From Promethearchaeota archaeon Loki_b32 (lineage in GTDB: Archaea > Asgardarchaeota > Lokiarchaeia > Sigyniarchaeales > SOKP01): a DNA stretch of 64,000 nucleotides. Both the position numbers and the translations under genes were made by a program. Within the stretch, counting starts at the first letter, position 1. Every line of letters starts with the position of its first letter. The notes under the pieces were generated by a model, which was not told where the DNA came from, made no database searches, and saw nothing but the letters and a program-made list of their open reading frames with translations. The stretch is from contig NJBH01000011.1 in assembly GCA_005223125.1 (NCBI GenBank), positions 1 to 64,000 of the forward strand, read 5' to 3'. Below, piece after piece: positions 40,541 to 50,725 of the stretch.

Positions 40541-41386
40541 CTATAGTAAAAGAAAAGTTCCTAACAGATATGTATCTAAATTCAAATCTTTTAAGAGTTT
40601 CATATTGTTATAAAGATAAGCATAAATATTTTCCTCGCTAAAATATTTAAAACAAGAGTTGTTCCCTTTTACTTCCCTTAAGATATTTACAATTTGAGTA
40701 AGTATCATTTTTAGATTTTTAATAACCAAATTAGTATCACTTTTAATTAGATTAATGTCTTTAATGTTAAACCATGATTCTTTGCTAAAAGAAATATTCT
40801 TTAACTCTGGTTTATTTTGAAAATCTTCATGGTTTTTGAAATTTTTACAAAAGTATTCAATTTTGTTTAGAATTAAACTTTTAGATTTACTATACATTTT
40901 ATTTTCAATAATATTTCTTAACATTATAAGGATTTTTTGAAAGATACCCAAAATATCAAAAAAATCAGCTACTTGTGCCAGATCTTCCACTTCTCCCCAT
41001 TGACTATAATAATCTTCGATTTCGTTAAGAAATGGCAAGAATACATTAATATCTCCGTCCCAAGTATGTCCTTTTTTTTCCCATACAGGATCAAATTCTT
41101 TTATAAAAGCATTTTTAATGACATTTAATCGTCCTAAAAGAAGCTCAGTCTTTATATGTTTTGTATCAGCTGCAACAAAAAGTAGATTATATTTTTCTTC
41201 TAATATATAAACCCACCTTAAACCTCCCATTTCTATAGAATCCAATGATTCTTTAAATTCAACCATTGAAAAGTGATGAAATGCTGTTAAAAACCCAGAA
41301 ACAATATCTTCATCAGCATCCGTTTTCAAAAAAGATCTATATAATAATTTAACTCCAGATTCGGCATCTAATATCCAAATTATCAT
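40541..41386 (-). CDS. Longin-like domain protein, paralogue of 17474..18319
   Basis: IWILDAESG, DIVSGFLTAF, SIEMGGLRWVY and VADFFDILGI are shared with the paralogue. Confidence 0.7.
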   Translation of the reverse strand: MIIWILDAESGVKLLYRSFLKTDADEDIVSGFLTAFHHFSMVEFKESLDSIEMGGLRWVYILEEKYNLLFVAADTKHIKTELLLGRLNVIKNAFIKEFDPVWEKKGHTWDGDINVFLPFLNEIEDYYSQWGEVEDLAQVADFFDILGIFQKILIMLRNIIENKMYSKSKSLILNKIEYFCKNFKNHEDFQNKPELKNISFSKESWFNIKDINLIKSDTNLVIKNLKMILTQIVNILREVKGNNSCFKYFSEENIYAYLYNNMKLLKDLNLDTYLLGTFLLL

Positions 41387-41547
41387 ATTACGAATGAAAA
41401 AAAATAGCTTCTCTTTAGGAGATAAATATATTACTCTTTTAAATTATTTCTAAATATCTTTAGAAAAAAAATATAGGGTTTATATACATTGAAGCGTCAG
41501 TAATTATATTTTATACATTGCCTTTTGAAATTGCTACATCACATTCT

Positions 41548-42555
41548 TTAATGAATATCCAAAAAATGTTCAATTTTGCTTAGTTTAAACAAGAGCCAAG
41601 ATTTGAATTGTTTAAAATCTAATAATGAGGGAATTTCAGAATACTCCGATAAATTATCATAAAGTACATCAATAACAGAATTTATAAGCCCGATAGCTTT
41701 AGGTCTAATTAAGACAATTTTATCCATCGATGATGTTTTAGAGTGTGCTTCTCTGTACTGTGATATAAATTCACATGCTCGTTGGATTATCATAATAGTC
41801 TGATTATCAAAATTTTTTTCAATACAGGCGTAAAAATCTCGTAATTCGGCGTCTTTATAGGGAATTTTCCAATCTTTCATAATTCCAACCCATTTGCCTA
41901 GAGAAATTGACTTTTTTTTCATAAGATCTCCGAACTTATTATTAAATTCTGGTGAAGTGTTTTTTCTTCTAAATTTACTCTGATATAATTCTGTTAATGG
42001 TCTAAGACAGGAGGAAAGTTTATCGTTAAGAATAGTCTCAAGACCCTTTGAATAATTATTAATAACGCTAGAAGCATCGAAATTAGCAGAATTTTGAAAT
42101 TGGTTAAAGATTTGATCTCCAGATGTAAACATCTTTCGAATTTCAAGATTAGAAATTTTATGGATCTTTAAACCATTTAACTGCTGTAAATTATTTTTAA
42201 ATTTATCAATTATATCTTCTATAAGATCAAGTTTGGTGTAGAACCAATCTCTAAATTCTTCTGGTTCTTCATATATAGAAGGAATAGATTCTGCTGGATG
42301 CGTGATTTCTTGAATCTTCAATGTGGGAATTTTATGTGGGGAACACTTGACCTGAGAAGGACTTTTTACTTTATTTAATATTATCTCAAAATCTAATTGG
42401 TCCGCTTCTGTTAAAGAATAATGAGATATATTCATCTGAGCCCATTCCTCAATAAACTCTTGTGGTATTCCTTTATTCCAATGATGATTACGTAAATAGT
42501 TAAATAATTTTTGCGGATCATATAACTCTTGCAATTCTAAATGTGACGGATTCAC
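41548..42555 (-). CDS. Hypothetical protein, possible degenerate HEPN-like C-terminus
   Basis: Long ORF with YSKGLE, SLGKW and REAHS motifs. Confidence 0.55.
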   Translation of the reverse strand: MNPSHLELQELYDPQKLFNYLRNHHWNKGIPQEFIEEWAQMNISHYSLTEADQLDFEIILNKVKSPSQVKCSPHKIPTLKIQEITHPAESIPSIYEEPEEFRDWFYTKLDLIEDIIDKFKNNLQQLNGLKIHKISNLEIRKMFTSGDQIFNQFQNSANFDASSVINNYSKGLETILNDKLSSCLRPLTELYQSKFRRKNTSPEFNNKFGDLMKKKSISLGKWVGIMKDWKIPYKDAELRDFYACIEKNFDNQTIMIIQRACEFISQYREAHSKTSSMDKIVLIRPKAIGLINSVIDVLYDNLSEYSEIPSLLDFKQFKSWLLFKLSKIEHFLDIH

Positions 42556-42661
42556 CCTCTTACTACGGTATTCATGTAAGAAACTTTAATTTGTATTTAA
42601 GGATGAATTATAGATCTGATAAGAGTATATAAACAAAAAAATGAAATTTAAAATTCAAAAA

Positions 42662-42889
42662 TTAGGAAAAATCATCATCCAGAAATTTTTTTATCTTTTT
42701 TCGTTCCTCCTCATCAAAAGCCTCTGCAAAGGCATCTAATTCATCTTCTGCTAAAATATTTTCCTCGTCAATGACGCTTTTGATATCTTCAATAAAAAAG
42801 GATGACCCACACTCAGCACATTCGATATGGGAGACAAAAACAAAAACATTTTCAGACTTACAACGTGGACAGTAATATTCCTTTGGCAT
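42662..42889 (-). CDS. Small Zn-ribbon protein with an acidic tail
   Basis: MPKEYYCPRC...CAECG; likely start is the ATG at 42889. Confidence 0.65.
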   Translation of the reverse strand: MPKEYYCPRCKSENVFVFVSHIECAECGSSFFIEDIKSVIDEENILAEDELDAFAEAFDEEERKKIKKFLDDDFS

Positions 42890-43117
42890 TCTTAAAGTAA
42901 AAAATATACATAATTGGATAATTATTATTATTGAAACTGAGAATATAAAACTATCATCATAAAATATTATGGAAATAAATAATGGGGATTTAATGAGAAA
43001 TCTCATCACCAATCAATAATTTATTATTTCTTTAAGAAATCTTCCCTATTTAAATGAAAATTGAATAAGACCTACATGACTTTTTTCTTTAAACTTTTAA
43101 ATATATATCCTGATTTC

Positions 43118-43411
43118 TCATGAAAAGATTACCGTTTTTAAGATATTATCTTTAAATTCTTCCCGTAATGCATTTTTTGTCACTACATCTACTTTACATT
43201 TAAATTCTTCTTCGAGAAATAAAGAAAGCCCAATGAAATCAAAAAGATCTGCTCCTTCCTCAAAATCGGCAAGTATATCAATATCACTGAATTCCTGAGG
43301 TTCTCCGTTTGTATAGGAGCCAAATAATCCTAATTCTTTCACTTTATATTTCTTTTTTAAATCTGGTTTTAGGTTAGTTAGCCTTCTAAGAATTTCTTTT
43401 TTATTAAGCAT
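43118..43411 (-). CDS. Minimal nucleotidyltransferase (MNT) antitoxin
   Basis: LFGSY, SDIDIL and KVDVV motifs. Confidence 0.92.
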   Translation of the reverse strand: MLNKKEILRRLTNLKPDLKKKYKVKELGLFGSYTNGEPQEFSDIDILADFEEGADLFDFIGLSLFLEEEFKCKVDVVTKNALREEFKDNILKTVIFS

Positions 43412-44130
43412 CTTTTACAAATCATTTAGTATTTTGTTATTTTAAATATACCATTTTTAATATTTTAATGATAACATGTTAAGAATTTAATGATAAAATT
43501 ATGGATTCTCCTATTTTAAATTAGTATTTAGAATTATAGAAGGGGAAAAAGATATCTTATGATGAAAGAATAGATTTTTAATATTTTAATTCAGAAATAT
43601 TTATTTCAAATCTAAATTACAACACTTTTGGTTTAAATATTAAGAAATTTACCAATAATATTGATTCTCTCCTTAATGTGATATAAAAATAATTTTTGAA
43701 AAAATAGAAATTGAATTTTATGATAAGATAGAACTAAAATTTATAATCCATATAAAGAAAATTAGAAAAGGCATTTTAACGAGTAAAGAACACTAAAATT
43801 AAAGATTTGAAAAAATGAACTAGCAATCCGTGGGAGATATATACTGTTCATTATAATATGGATTTCCCAAAGGAAGAATTTGTCTTAGAAAACATACCCC
43901 TCAGATATTGGGTTAATATTATCTAAGTGTTGGTGATAAACTTAGTTCCCAATATAGGCATTTTTTGACAGGTGATGATTAAAATGCAAAATTTCTAGTC
44001 ATTTACATTACTCACAAAAAACCACCCCTCAAAATTTATGAGTAGACGCTTTCTTTTCATCAATTATTTTTTGAGGAAAATGCATAAAAAGGGTAGTCCT
44101 CATTTTATGTTAATTAGGTAAATAAAAGAA

Positions 44131-45367
44131 GTGATCAAAGCATTGGCGACATATAAAACACTTCAAGAGAGTGGACTATTCCCTACTATATCACATCTCA
44201 ATTGCGATATTTGTGGATCTTCTAATATTATAGAAAATCTTGAGGGATATGTGTGCCGGGATTGTGGAATTGTATTAGGAAATTCAAAAATTACAATACG
44301 ATAGACCTTATAATGAAGATTTAATCCAATATGCCAAGGGTGTAGGCAAAACACAGATAGGAACGAGGCGAGAAAGAATAATCTCGCCTCTTTCTATCAA
44401 ATTACAAAGAATAAACAAATACAATTCTATAACCACCAGTGAACGAGCAGTAATTGAGGGAGCCCGTATTGAAGTAGCGAGGATCTTTAATTATTTAGGT
44501 TTAGATGGATATGATGCTTTAAAAGAAATGGTTCTAGATAAGTTCAAAAAAATTAGAGCGAAATTTAGACAGGGTTCAAAATATAAAAACATAGAAAAGC
44601 TAGTTTCAATTACGATTTATTTCTGTCTTAAGCTTAGGAATGTATCTATTAATCCATACGAATTGATTGAAATTTCTAAAATTTCAAAAAAAGAGTTCAA
44701 TGATTTCATTTTGCAGCTTCAAAAGTTCTTACCAGAATATGGTGAACGTAATAGACAGGAATATATTTCCCAGAGAATTCTCGAAATTTCTGAACATTTT
44801 GATTTAGGAATGCCATTTTACTTTCTTTCGAAGAAGATTTTGTATAGGTTATGGCAAGGAATTAAAAATACAACTGATAATGTAGTTGCTGGATTAATAA
44901 GTTCAATCTCTATTTTATGTTCGTATAAAGAAAAGGTAAGTGTAAGTTCCATTTGTAATCGTTTAGGTATTAGAATGAGTACTGTCTAGGCACAGGTTAA
45001 GAAAAAGATTTTTCAGAGGTTTAAAGTTGTGGGATTTGTAAGTTTAATAAAATCGTCCGATTTCTTAGTGAAAATAATAAATAAATTAGGGATTTTAGAA
45101 GAACCAGGATTAAGAGATTAGGAAGATGGAGGAGAAATCATTCTCGGAAATGCTTCGAAAATATTTAATATTCATAATGATTTAGATTACTATTATTTTG
45201 CACTACCAGGAAAAGAAAAATACCCTATATTTCTTTTTCTTAAGGTTTATGATTCTCCGTTAGATTTTAATTATGAAAGACGTCCTAAAATTAAAGGTGA
45301 TTCATTACTCGATTTTGAATTATATAAGTATTATACATCTAAAGACCCTCCTTTATTAGGGATTTAA
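44131..45367 (+). pseudogene. TFB/TFIIB-like protein pseudogene
   Basis: Zn ribbon CDICG...VCRDCGIVL; frameshift near 44279; cyclin-like helices; in-frame TAG at 44987 and 45119. Confidence 0.75.
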
Positions 45368-45487
45368 CTTTTCCTTAGTGTTTTACTATAAACTATAAAC
45401 TCTAATTTTTCACTTTTTTTTTTATTTCCTTTTCTATAAATTTGAGTTAATGCATTATTCTTTTTTTATTTAAATTTACATGTTCTA

Positions 45488-46183
45488 ATGGAAAACATCC
45501 ATATCCGTACAAGAAAAGATGAAGATGTAAAGAAATATCTCAAACCAATGTATATTTACAAAATTGGAGTCGATCTAACAAGTTTAATGGAAGACGTTTA
45601 TAAGTTAATAACTATGGTTCTCGAAGAACGATTACACTATCTTTCTCAGTTAAACTTTTTAGAAACTAAAGGAGAACATTTACATACTAATATCATACGA
45701 AAAGATTTACTCAAATTAAATACAGAGTTAGTAAGGCTATTACAGAGTAATGGGGATAAAACCGGAGTATATAGTGCCCTCTCTATCAATGCTCAAGCAT
45801 TAATCCTTTACCACATGCTAGAATTAGTAGAGCAACAAGGTTTAGATGTTTTATTAGATTATTTTATAAAACTTAGCAAGGATGCAAAAAAGAAAAATAG
45901 CTCAAAAGCTGCCAAGATATTAGCTTCTGATGGACGATTGCAAAGAATTTATTTAGAATTAAAAAAAAATGTTGAATTTTCTCCTGAAAACCTTATTCAT
46001 CCGAAGTATCATGTATTAGTTAAGATAATTTCAGAACAATTACAGAATAATCCCTCCTCTCGGATTTTAGTATGTGTAAAATTAAGAAATTCAGTAAAAA
46101 ATATCGTAAATAGACTAAAAGAAATAAAAACGATAAAACCAAAACGTTTTGTAGGTCAAGCAACAAAATTTTTACATATCTGA
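45488..46183 (+). pseudogene. Internal fragment of a Hef/FANCM-like helicase
   Basis: HPKY, SRILV...R and RFVGQA motifs; lacks the Walker A/B region and motif VI. Confidence 0.8.
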
Positions 46184-46355
46184 AAAATAATCCTTTTTTG
46201 ATTGCTTCTTTTTGGATCTCACGTAGTTGAAATATTTTTCCTTCAAAAAGTACACGTAGAATACGCTTATCATTAATAAATTTAAAAATATCTCTGTTTG
46301 TGGAACATTCTATTTTTTCTTTCTCAAGTTTATCAGAAAAATCTCCTAGAGTTAT
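46178..46355 (-). pseudogene. 5' fragment of a Ski2/Hel308-like helicase
   Basis: IFQLREIQKEAIKKGLFFR (Q-motif-like), cut just before the expected Walker A; GGTGA SD followed by ATA. Confidence 0.6.
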
Positions 46356-46368
46356 TATATATCACCTA

Positions 46369-46671
46369 TTAGTATGGATTTGTCCATTTTTTCATAATTT
46401 CTGAAAACGTCTCTGAATCTCTCGATATCTCTATACTTTTAATGACTCCTATATTTCTAACTTTTAACTCTAAATTAATATAACAGATTAAACTATGAAG
46501 AGGTTCTCCATGTAAATGAATATGAGGGAAATATATATTCGGATTCCCTTGTTTTAAGATATAATATTCAATTCCAAGCTCAATTTCTTTATTACATAGC
46601 GGACATATAACCTTTTGTGCCTGTCGTTTAACTTTTCTGAGATCCTTAATTCTACCAAAAACGATAACGAT
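46369..46671 (-). CDS. 100-aa putative Zn-binding protein absent from the ORF track (ATC start)
   Basis: Open frame (I/M)VIVFGRIK...CPLC...PHIHLHGEPLH...WTNPY*; GTGA SD; in-frame TGA immediately upstream. Confidence 0.75.
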   Translation of the reverse strand: MVIVFGRIKDLRKVKRQAQKVICPLCNKEIELGIEYYILKQGNPNIYFPHIHLHGEPLHSLICYINLELKVRNIGVIKSIEISRDSETFSEIMKKWTNPY

Positions 46672-46759
46672 TGTATATCACTTTCTATTTTTTATGAATA
46701 CAACAAATATCAAGGAAATTTAAAGGAAAAAAATATGAAAATATTCTTATTTTTAAGAA

Positions 46760-46880
46760 AAGGTCACTCCCGCCCCATTAACGCAAGTATGCGTCGAAAA
46801 TATTTTAGGAGGAGGGCGAAATCAGAGTGTAGAAAACTACACTACCAAAAGACAAAAATCCAGGGTATAGGGTGGGAGTG
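46760..46880 (-). promoter_or_regulatory. Structured RNA element copy B (attenuator-like)
   Basis: Closing helix 46870-80/46765-75 (10 of 11 pairs); hairpins AGTGTAG-tttt-CTACACT and ACGCA-tact-TGCGT. Confidence 0.6.
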
Positions 46881-46927
46881 GAATTTATTTTAAATTCATA
46901 TTGAATATTCTTGAAAATTCTTGCCAT
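46805..46927 (-). CDS. Small leader ORF, PGFLSFG peptide copy B (40 aa)
   Basis: MARIFKNIQYEFKINSTPTLYPGFLSFGSVVFYTLISPSS; TATATAAA about 30 nt upstream. Confidence 0.6.
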   Translation of the reverse strand: MARIFKNIQYEFKINSTPTLYPGFLSFGSVVFYTLISPSS

Positions 46928-47038
46928 TACATGTATAATGAACTCAATTTAACATTTATATATGTTGTTTATAATTAGAAAATTCCAAGACTCTATTTTT
47001 TTCTTTATAAATACTAAGTTTAATCTTCATCAATACAC

Positions 47039-50000
47039 ATGACGGAACAAAATCTTCTAGAAAAGAAACAAAATCACAAAGATGAAAAATCTGATACCAT
47101 CAATTCTAGTGTATCTGAAAAATTACTTACTCCTAGTATTGTTAAAGAAGGATTTACAGTGATCAAAGGAATTGGACCTTCTGTGGCGAAAAAGTTGACT
47201 GAAGCTAAAATCGATTCAATAGAAAAGTTAGCACATCTCTCACCAAACACACTTACATCTTCAATTAATGGTATTGGTGTAGCGTCAGCTCAGAAGATCA
47301 TAAATGGCGCAAAGGGGCATTTATCTTTAAAAAAATTAAATGATTTTTCACCATCGACTGAAGATGATGATAATAACGAAATAGAGAGTTCTAAACTCGA
47401 AGTTTATAAAGAAACTAAAGATGATGACATTAATAAAAGCCATTCTAACGATCTGAAAGGACCTCAAGGAAGATCTAATCGATGGTTCGAAGATAAATTT
47501 AAAAAGTTAAAGACAGCAACATGGTACCCTCCGGCTAATTTAGCTCCAGATATAGAGATTATGGCTGAGGAATTATTAGAAGATGAAGAATTAATAGAGA
47601 TTAAAGATAGGGAGGAATTGAAACTGACAAGATTGGAGAGTGTTAGAAATTTTCTCGAATCAGATACAGGTGTACCGTTAATAGAATCAATAAAAAGACC
47701 TAGAGTAGATGAAATATCAATACATTTGGATGAACCAGCAGACTTTATAGAAAGTATGAATCATGAACAAATCAATAATTTAAAAGATAATATAACTACG
47801 ATTCTTGAATCCGGTGAATTTCACATTATTACAAGGCTTCCTTCATTAAAGCCTGTTTTTATGAGGATTGACTTATTAGCTTTAAAACTCATCAATGTTG
47901 ATGATTTCTTAGAATTAATCTGTATTATACCTGTAAAGATTTGTTCTTTAAAGGGACCTCTAATAGTCTCGGAAGATGACATTAGTTATCATCCACTAGA
48001 AGACTATGAAAAAAATATCCACATTGATAATCAATTATTAATTGGATTGAAGATGGTTAACCTAAAGTATATTTATCGATCACCTTTTTGTTTGTTTGGG
48101 AAATTTCTTGAGAGTCTTAATAATCATAAGATCTCCTATAGCTACACGTTAAAAAATCAACCAATTAACTATCATGAGTTCTATAAATTTGGATTAAAAC
48201 ACATTCATGAAAAATTAAAAGACTTTATTTTATTTAGTTCCGAGCATGGAATAAAAAGTGAAGCTGATGCAGAACAATGGCTTGGATATCGCTCTGGAAT
48301 GTGGTACAGCACATTAACACTTACCGTTAATTCATACACATTTAAAAAATCTATCAATGATTGTAATTTCGACCAATTGGAAGAAGATTTATCTAATAAA
48401 ATTGATACTCTCAGGGGGGCATTTAACTCAAACTTTCAAAATTATGAAATTGAAGATTTAAACTCACAGGTGTTAATATCGGGATACCTTTTTACTGCCC
48501 TGAAAAATAACTATTTTAGGCTAAACGGTTCACATCTTAATTATTTGATGGTTCAAGGAGCAAATCTTTCACCATTGACAACTATAGCGGATATCCTTAG
48601 AAAAGGAATTGATACAATGATAGCTGCTGAATTTAATACCCCATTATATTTAGAGAATTTTATAACCATAGGACATACGAGAAATACGGAAGTGTTAGAA
48701 AATGAAGTTAACTTTGGATTTACGAGAGAACAGACAAAAAATCTTTTAATTGTGAATGGTACGACAATAAGTAGGGATTATGCTGCCATGAAGATTGTCT
48801 CTGAATTAATAAAAGCTCAAATCCCTTCTTTGGTATTTGATTTTAATGGCACATGGTCAACCTTAATTAGCTATTTCAAAAATTCAGACTTTCAAAAAGA
48901 AATTTTGCATTTTAAATTAGGGAGTGCGTTTACAATAGATCCTTTAGTCTCTGATATAGCATATGATACTGATAATACCGGATTCCTAGAATATATGCTT
49001 GACGCTTATGGAATGGCTTTTAAAAAGGATCAAAGAATTATTGATATGTTTCGAAATACAATAAAGAAAAATCCTGGATTGGATCTTCCATCAATGAATT
49101 TAGATTTGCAGACTCAAAAAGATTGGGAAAAAAGCCCAATAAATGATTCATTACTGAATCTTTTTTCAGATTTCACTCAGCAAGATCTTACTTTTTTTCA
49201 AGGATTTCAAGGAGATATTAAAAATAAAATAACCAGTCATGATTTTGTTACCAATAATAAAACTGTTATTATCGACCTATCAATTATACGAGATCTTGAT
49301 AAGAAACTATTCTTTGTATTTCTAATTCTCTCAAAAATAATTCATTATATCAAAAATGATGAGCAATTTATCAAAAAAACTATTGTAATTCCAAATATTG
49401 ATATCTATTTTGATTCTCGCTATTTAGATCTAAAAATGAACTATGGAAAAATCAATTTATTTTTAGATCCCCTCATTGAACGCGAATTTGGCTTAATTTT
49501 TCTCGCAAACCAAATTAGGTATCTCCATCCCAATTTATTTAATTATTTTACTAACATCATGACATTCCGAGCAACAGATCATCGTGATGTTACAACTTTA
49601 GGCAGTTTGTTAAACCTGCAGGAGCTTGAAGGAATTGGGTATTATACACTAACCAGAAATCAGACCTATCAGATAAAATATCTAAAAAGCTTGAAGAATA
49701 ATGAAGTGATTGTAAGAAGAGATGATATCTACCAGCCTTTTCCGGCAATAATTGATTGGGAAGATATTAAAAAGATAAAAAAACTAACATATGAAGAGAT
49801 TGTACTATTTATGGAACAACATGGTTATAATTTAAAATATACTGAAAGGAAGATATTAGAACAAGCAAAAAAAACAATATTTGATATAGATTTAGGACAT
49901 TATATTTTATATTTAGAAGAAGTGATCAAGTTTTTAGATGAGGTACAGAATTTTGACCAAGTTGGGAATCTTTATGCTTCAAAGCTTAAAAAACAATTAA

Positions 50001-50725
50001 AAGAAATTGTATATCCTAAAATTTCACAGAAAACCCAAAACAAAGAACGAATAAAGAATATTAGAGATAGATTGTTTGAGATTTTAATAAAGCATGGATA
50101 TTTAGTTGAAAACCATCCTAGACGCGCTAGCGGTTCTGAAGCCCTCAGAACTTCGTATTCTGTAGGACTTCGCTATCAGGAAGCACTCAAGGATTACTAT
50201 AAGATTAAAGGAAAAGCTTCTGCAAATATTAATGTAGAAGTACTGGAAAAAGGTATTGGAGAGCAAGATGACTTAACTCATTTGTTTCAGGAACAACCCT
50301 CCCGAAAATATATTATTCAAAAGGAAAACCTAAAGCAAGCCTTGGCTCGTGAGTTTAGTGATCTTAACTATGATATTTTCAATATCTATCTATTTATCAA
50401 GAAAAATGATTACCAAAATGCATTAAGAATTGAACATGGGTTAATTAATAAATTTCTGATGAATGTCTATAAGCATTTTTATAATATTGATATCTCACCA
50501 GAACCGGAGAAACTAACCACTTTCTTAACTCATTTAACAAATATTGAAGGATTCCCTTTCACAGACCATGAACTTATGGAATATGTCGAGAAATATCAAG
50601 TCATTGAGATCGAATCTGAAAGCATAGAAGCACGAGTCGAACAAGTATATCATCAAATTTATAATTTCTTTATTAAAATACAGAATTATATCTATGAAAA
50701 TGATGAAAAAAATGGAAGATTCTAA
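47039..50725 (+). CDS. Large protein: N-terminal tandem HhH + degenerate HerA/VirB4-like ATPase region
   Basis: IKGIGPSVAKKL / INGIGVASAQKI; LVFDFNG, IIDLS and NQ...TNIMTFR motifs; Walker A/B degenerate. Confidence 0.65.
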   Translation: MTEQNLLEKKQNHKDEKSDTINSSVSEKLLTPSIVKEGFTVIKGIGPSVAKKLTEAKIDSIEKLAHLSPNTLTSSINGIGVASAQKIINGAKGHLSLKKLNDFSPSTEDDDNNEIESSKLEVYKETKDDDINKSHSNDLKGPQGRSNRWFEDKFKKLKTATWYPPANLAPDIEIMAEELLEDEELIEIKDREELKLTRLESVRNFLESDTGVPLIESIKRPRVDEISIHLDEPADFIESMNHEQINNLKDNITTILESGEFHIITRLPSLKPVFMRIDLLALKLINVDDFLELICIIPVKICSLKGPLIVSEDDISYHPLEDYEKNIHIDNQLLIGLKMVNLKYIYRSPFCLFGKFLESLNNHKISYSYTLKNQPINYHEFYKFGLKHIHEKLKDFILFSSEHGIKSEADAEQWLGYRSGMWYSTLTLTVNSYTFKKSINDCNFDQLEEDLSNKIDTLRGAFNSNFQNYEIEDLNSQVLISGYLFTALKNNYFRLNGSHLNYLMVQGANLSPLTTIADILRKGIDTMIAAEFNTPLYLENFITIGHTRNTEVLENEVNFGFTREQTKNLLIVNGTTISRDYAAMKIVSELIKAQIPSLVFDFNGTWSTLISYFKNSDFQKEILHFKLGSAFTIDPLVSDIAYDTDNTGFLEYMLDAYGMAFKKDQRIIDMFRNTIKKNPGLDLPSMNLDLQTQKDWEKSPINDSLLNLFSDFTQQDLTFFQGFQGDIKNKITSHDFVTNNKTVIIDLSIIRDLDKKLFFVFLILSKIIHYIKNDEQFIKKTIVIPNIDIYFDSRYLDLKMNYGKINLFLDPLIEREFGLIFLANQIRYLHPNLFNYFTNIMTFRATDHRDVTTLGSLLNLQELEGIGYYTLTRNQTYQIKYLKSLKNNEVIVRRDDIYQPFPAIIDWEDIKKIKKLTYEEIVLFMEQHGYNLKYTERKILEQAKKTIFDIDLGHYILYLEEVIKFLDEVQNFDQVGNLYASKLKKQLKEIVYPKISQKTQNKERIKNIRDRLFEILIKHGYLVENHPRRASGSEALRTSYSVGLRYQEALKDYYKIKGKASANINVEVLEKGIGEQDDLTHLFQEQPSRKYIIQKENLKQALAREFSDLNYDIFNIYLFIKKNDYQNALRIEHGLINKFLMNVYKHFYNIDISPEPEKLTTFLTHLTNIEGFPFTDHELMEYVEKYQVIEIESESIEARVEQVYHQIYNFFIKIQNYIYENDEKNGRF

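Noticed and set aside
44987-45121. Two in-frame TAG codons as pyrrolysine or recoding
   Set aside because: The same gene also has a frameshift, and TAG is an ordinary stop elsewhere in the window (e.g. 33503, 36655, 40174)
46615-46893. 92-aa + strand ORF
   Set aside because: Antisense to element B and the hidden Zn-protein gene; no recognisable motifs
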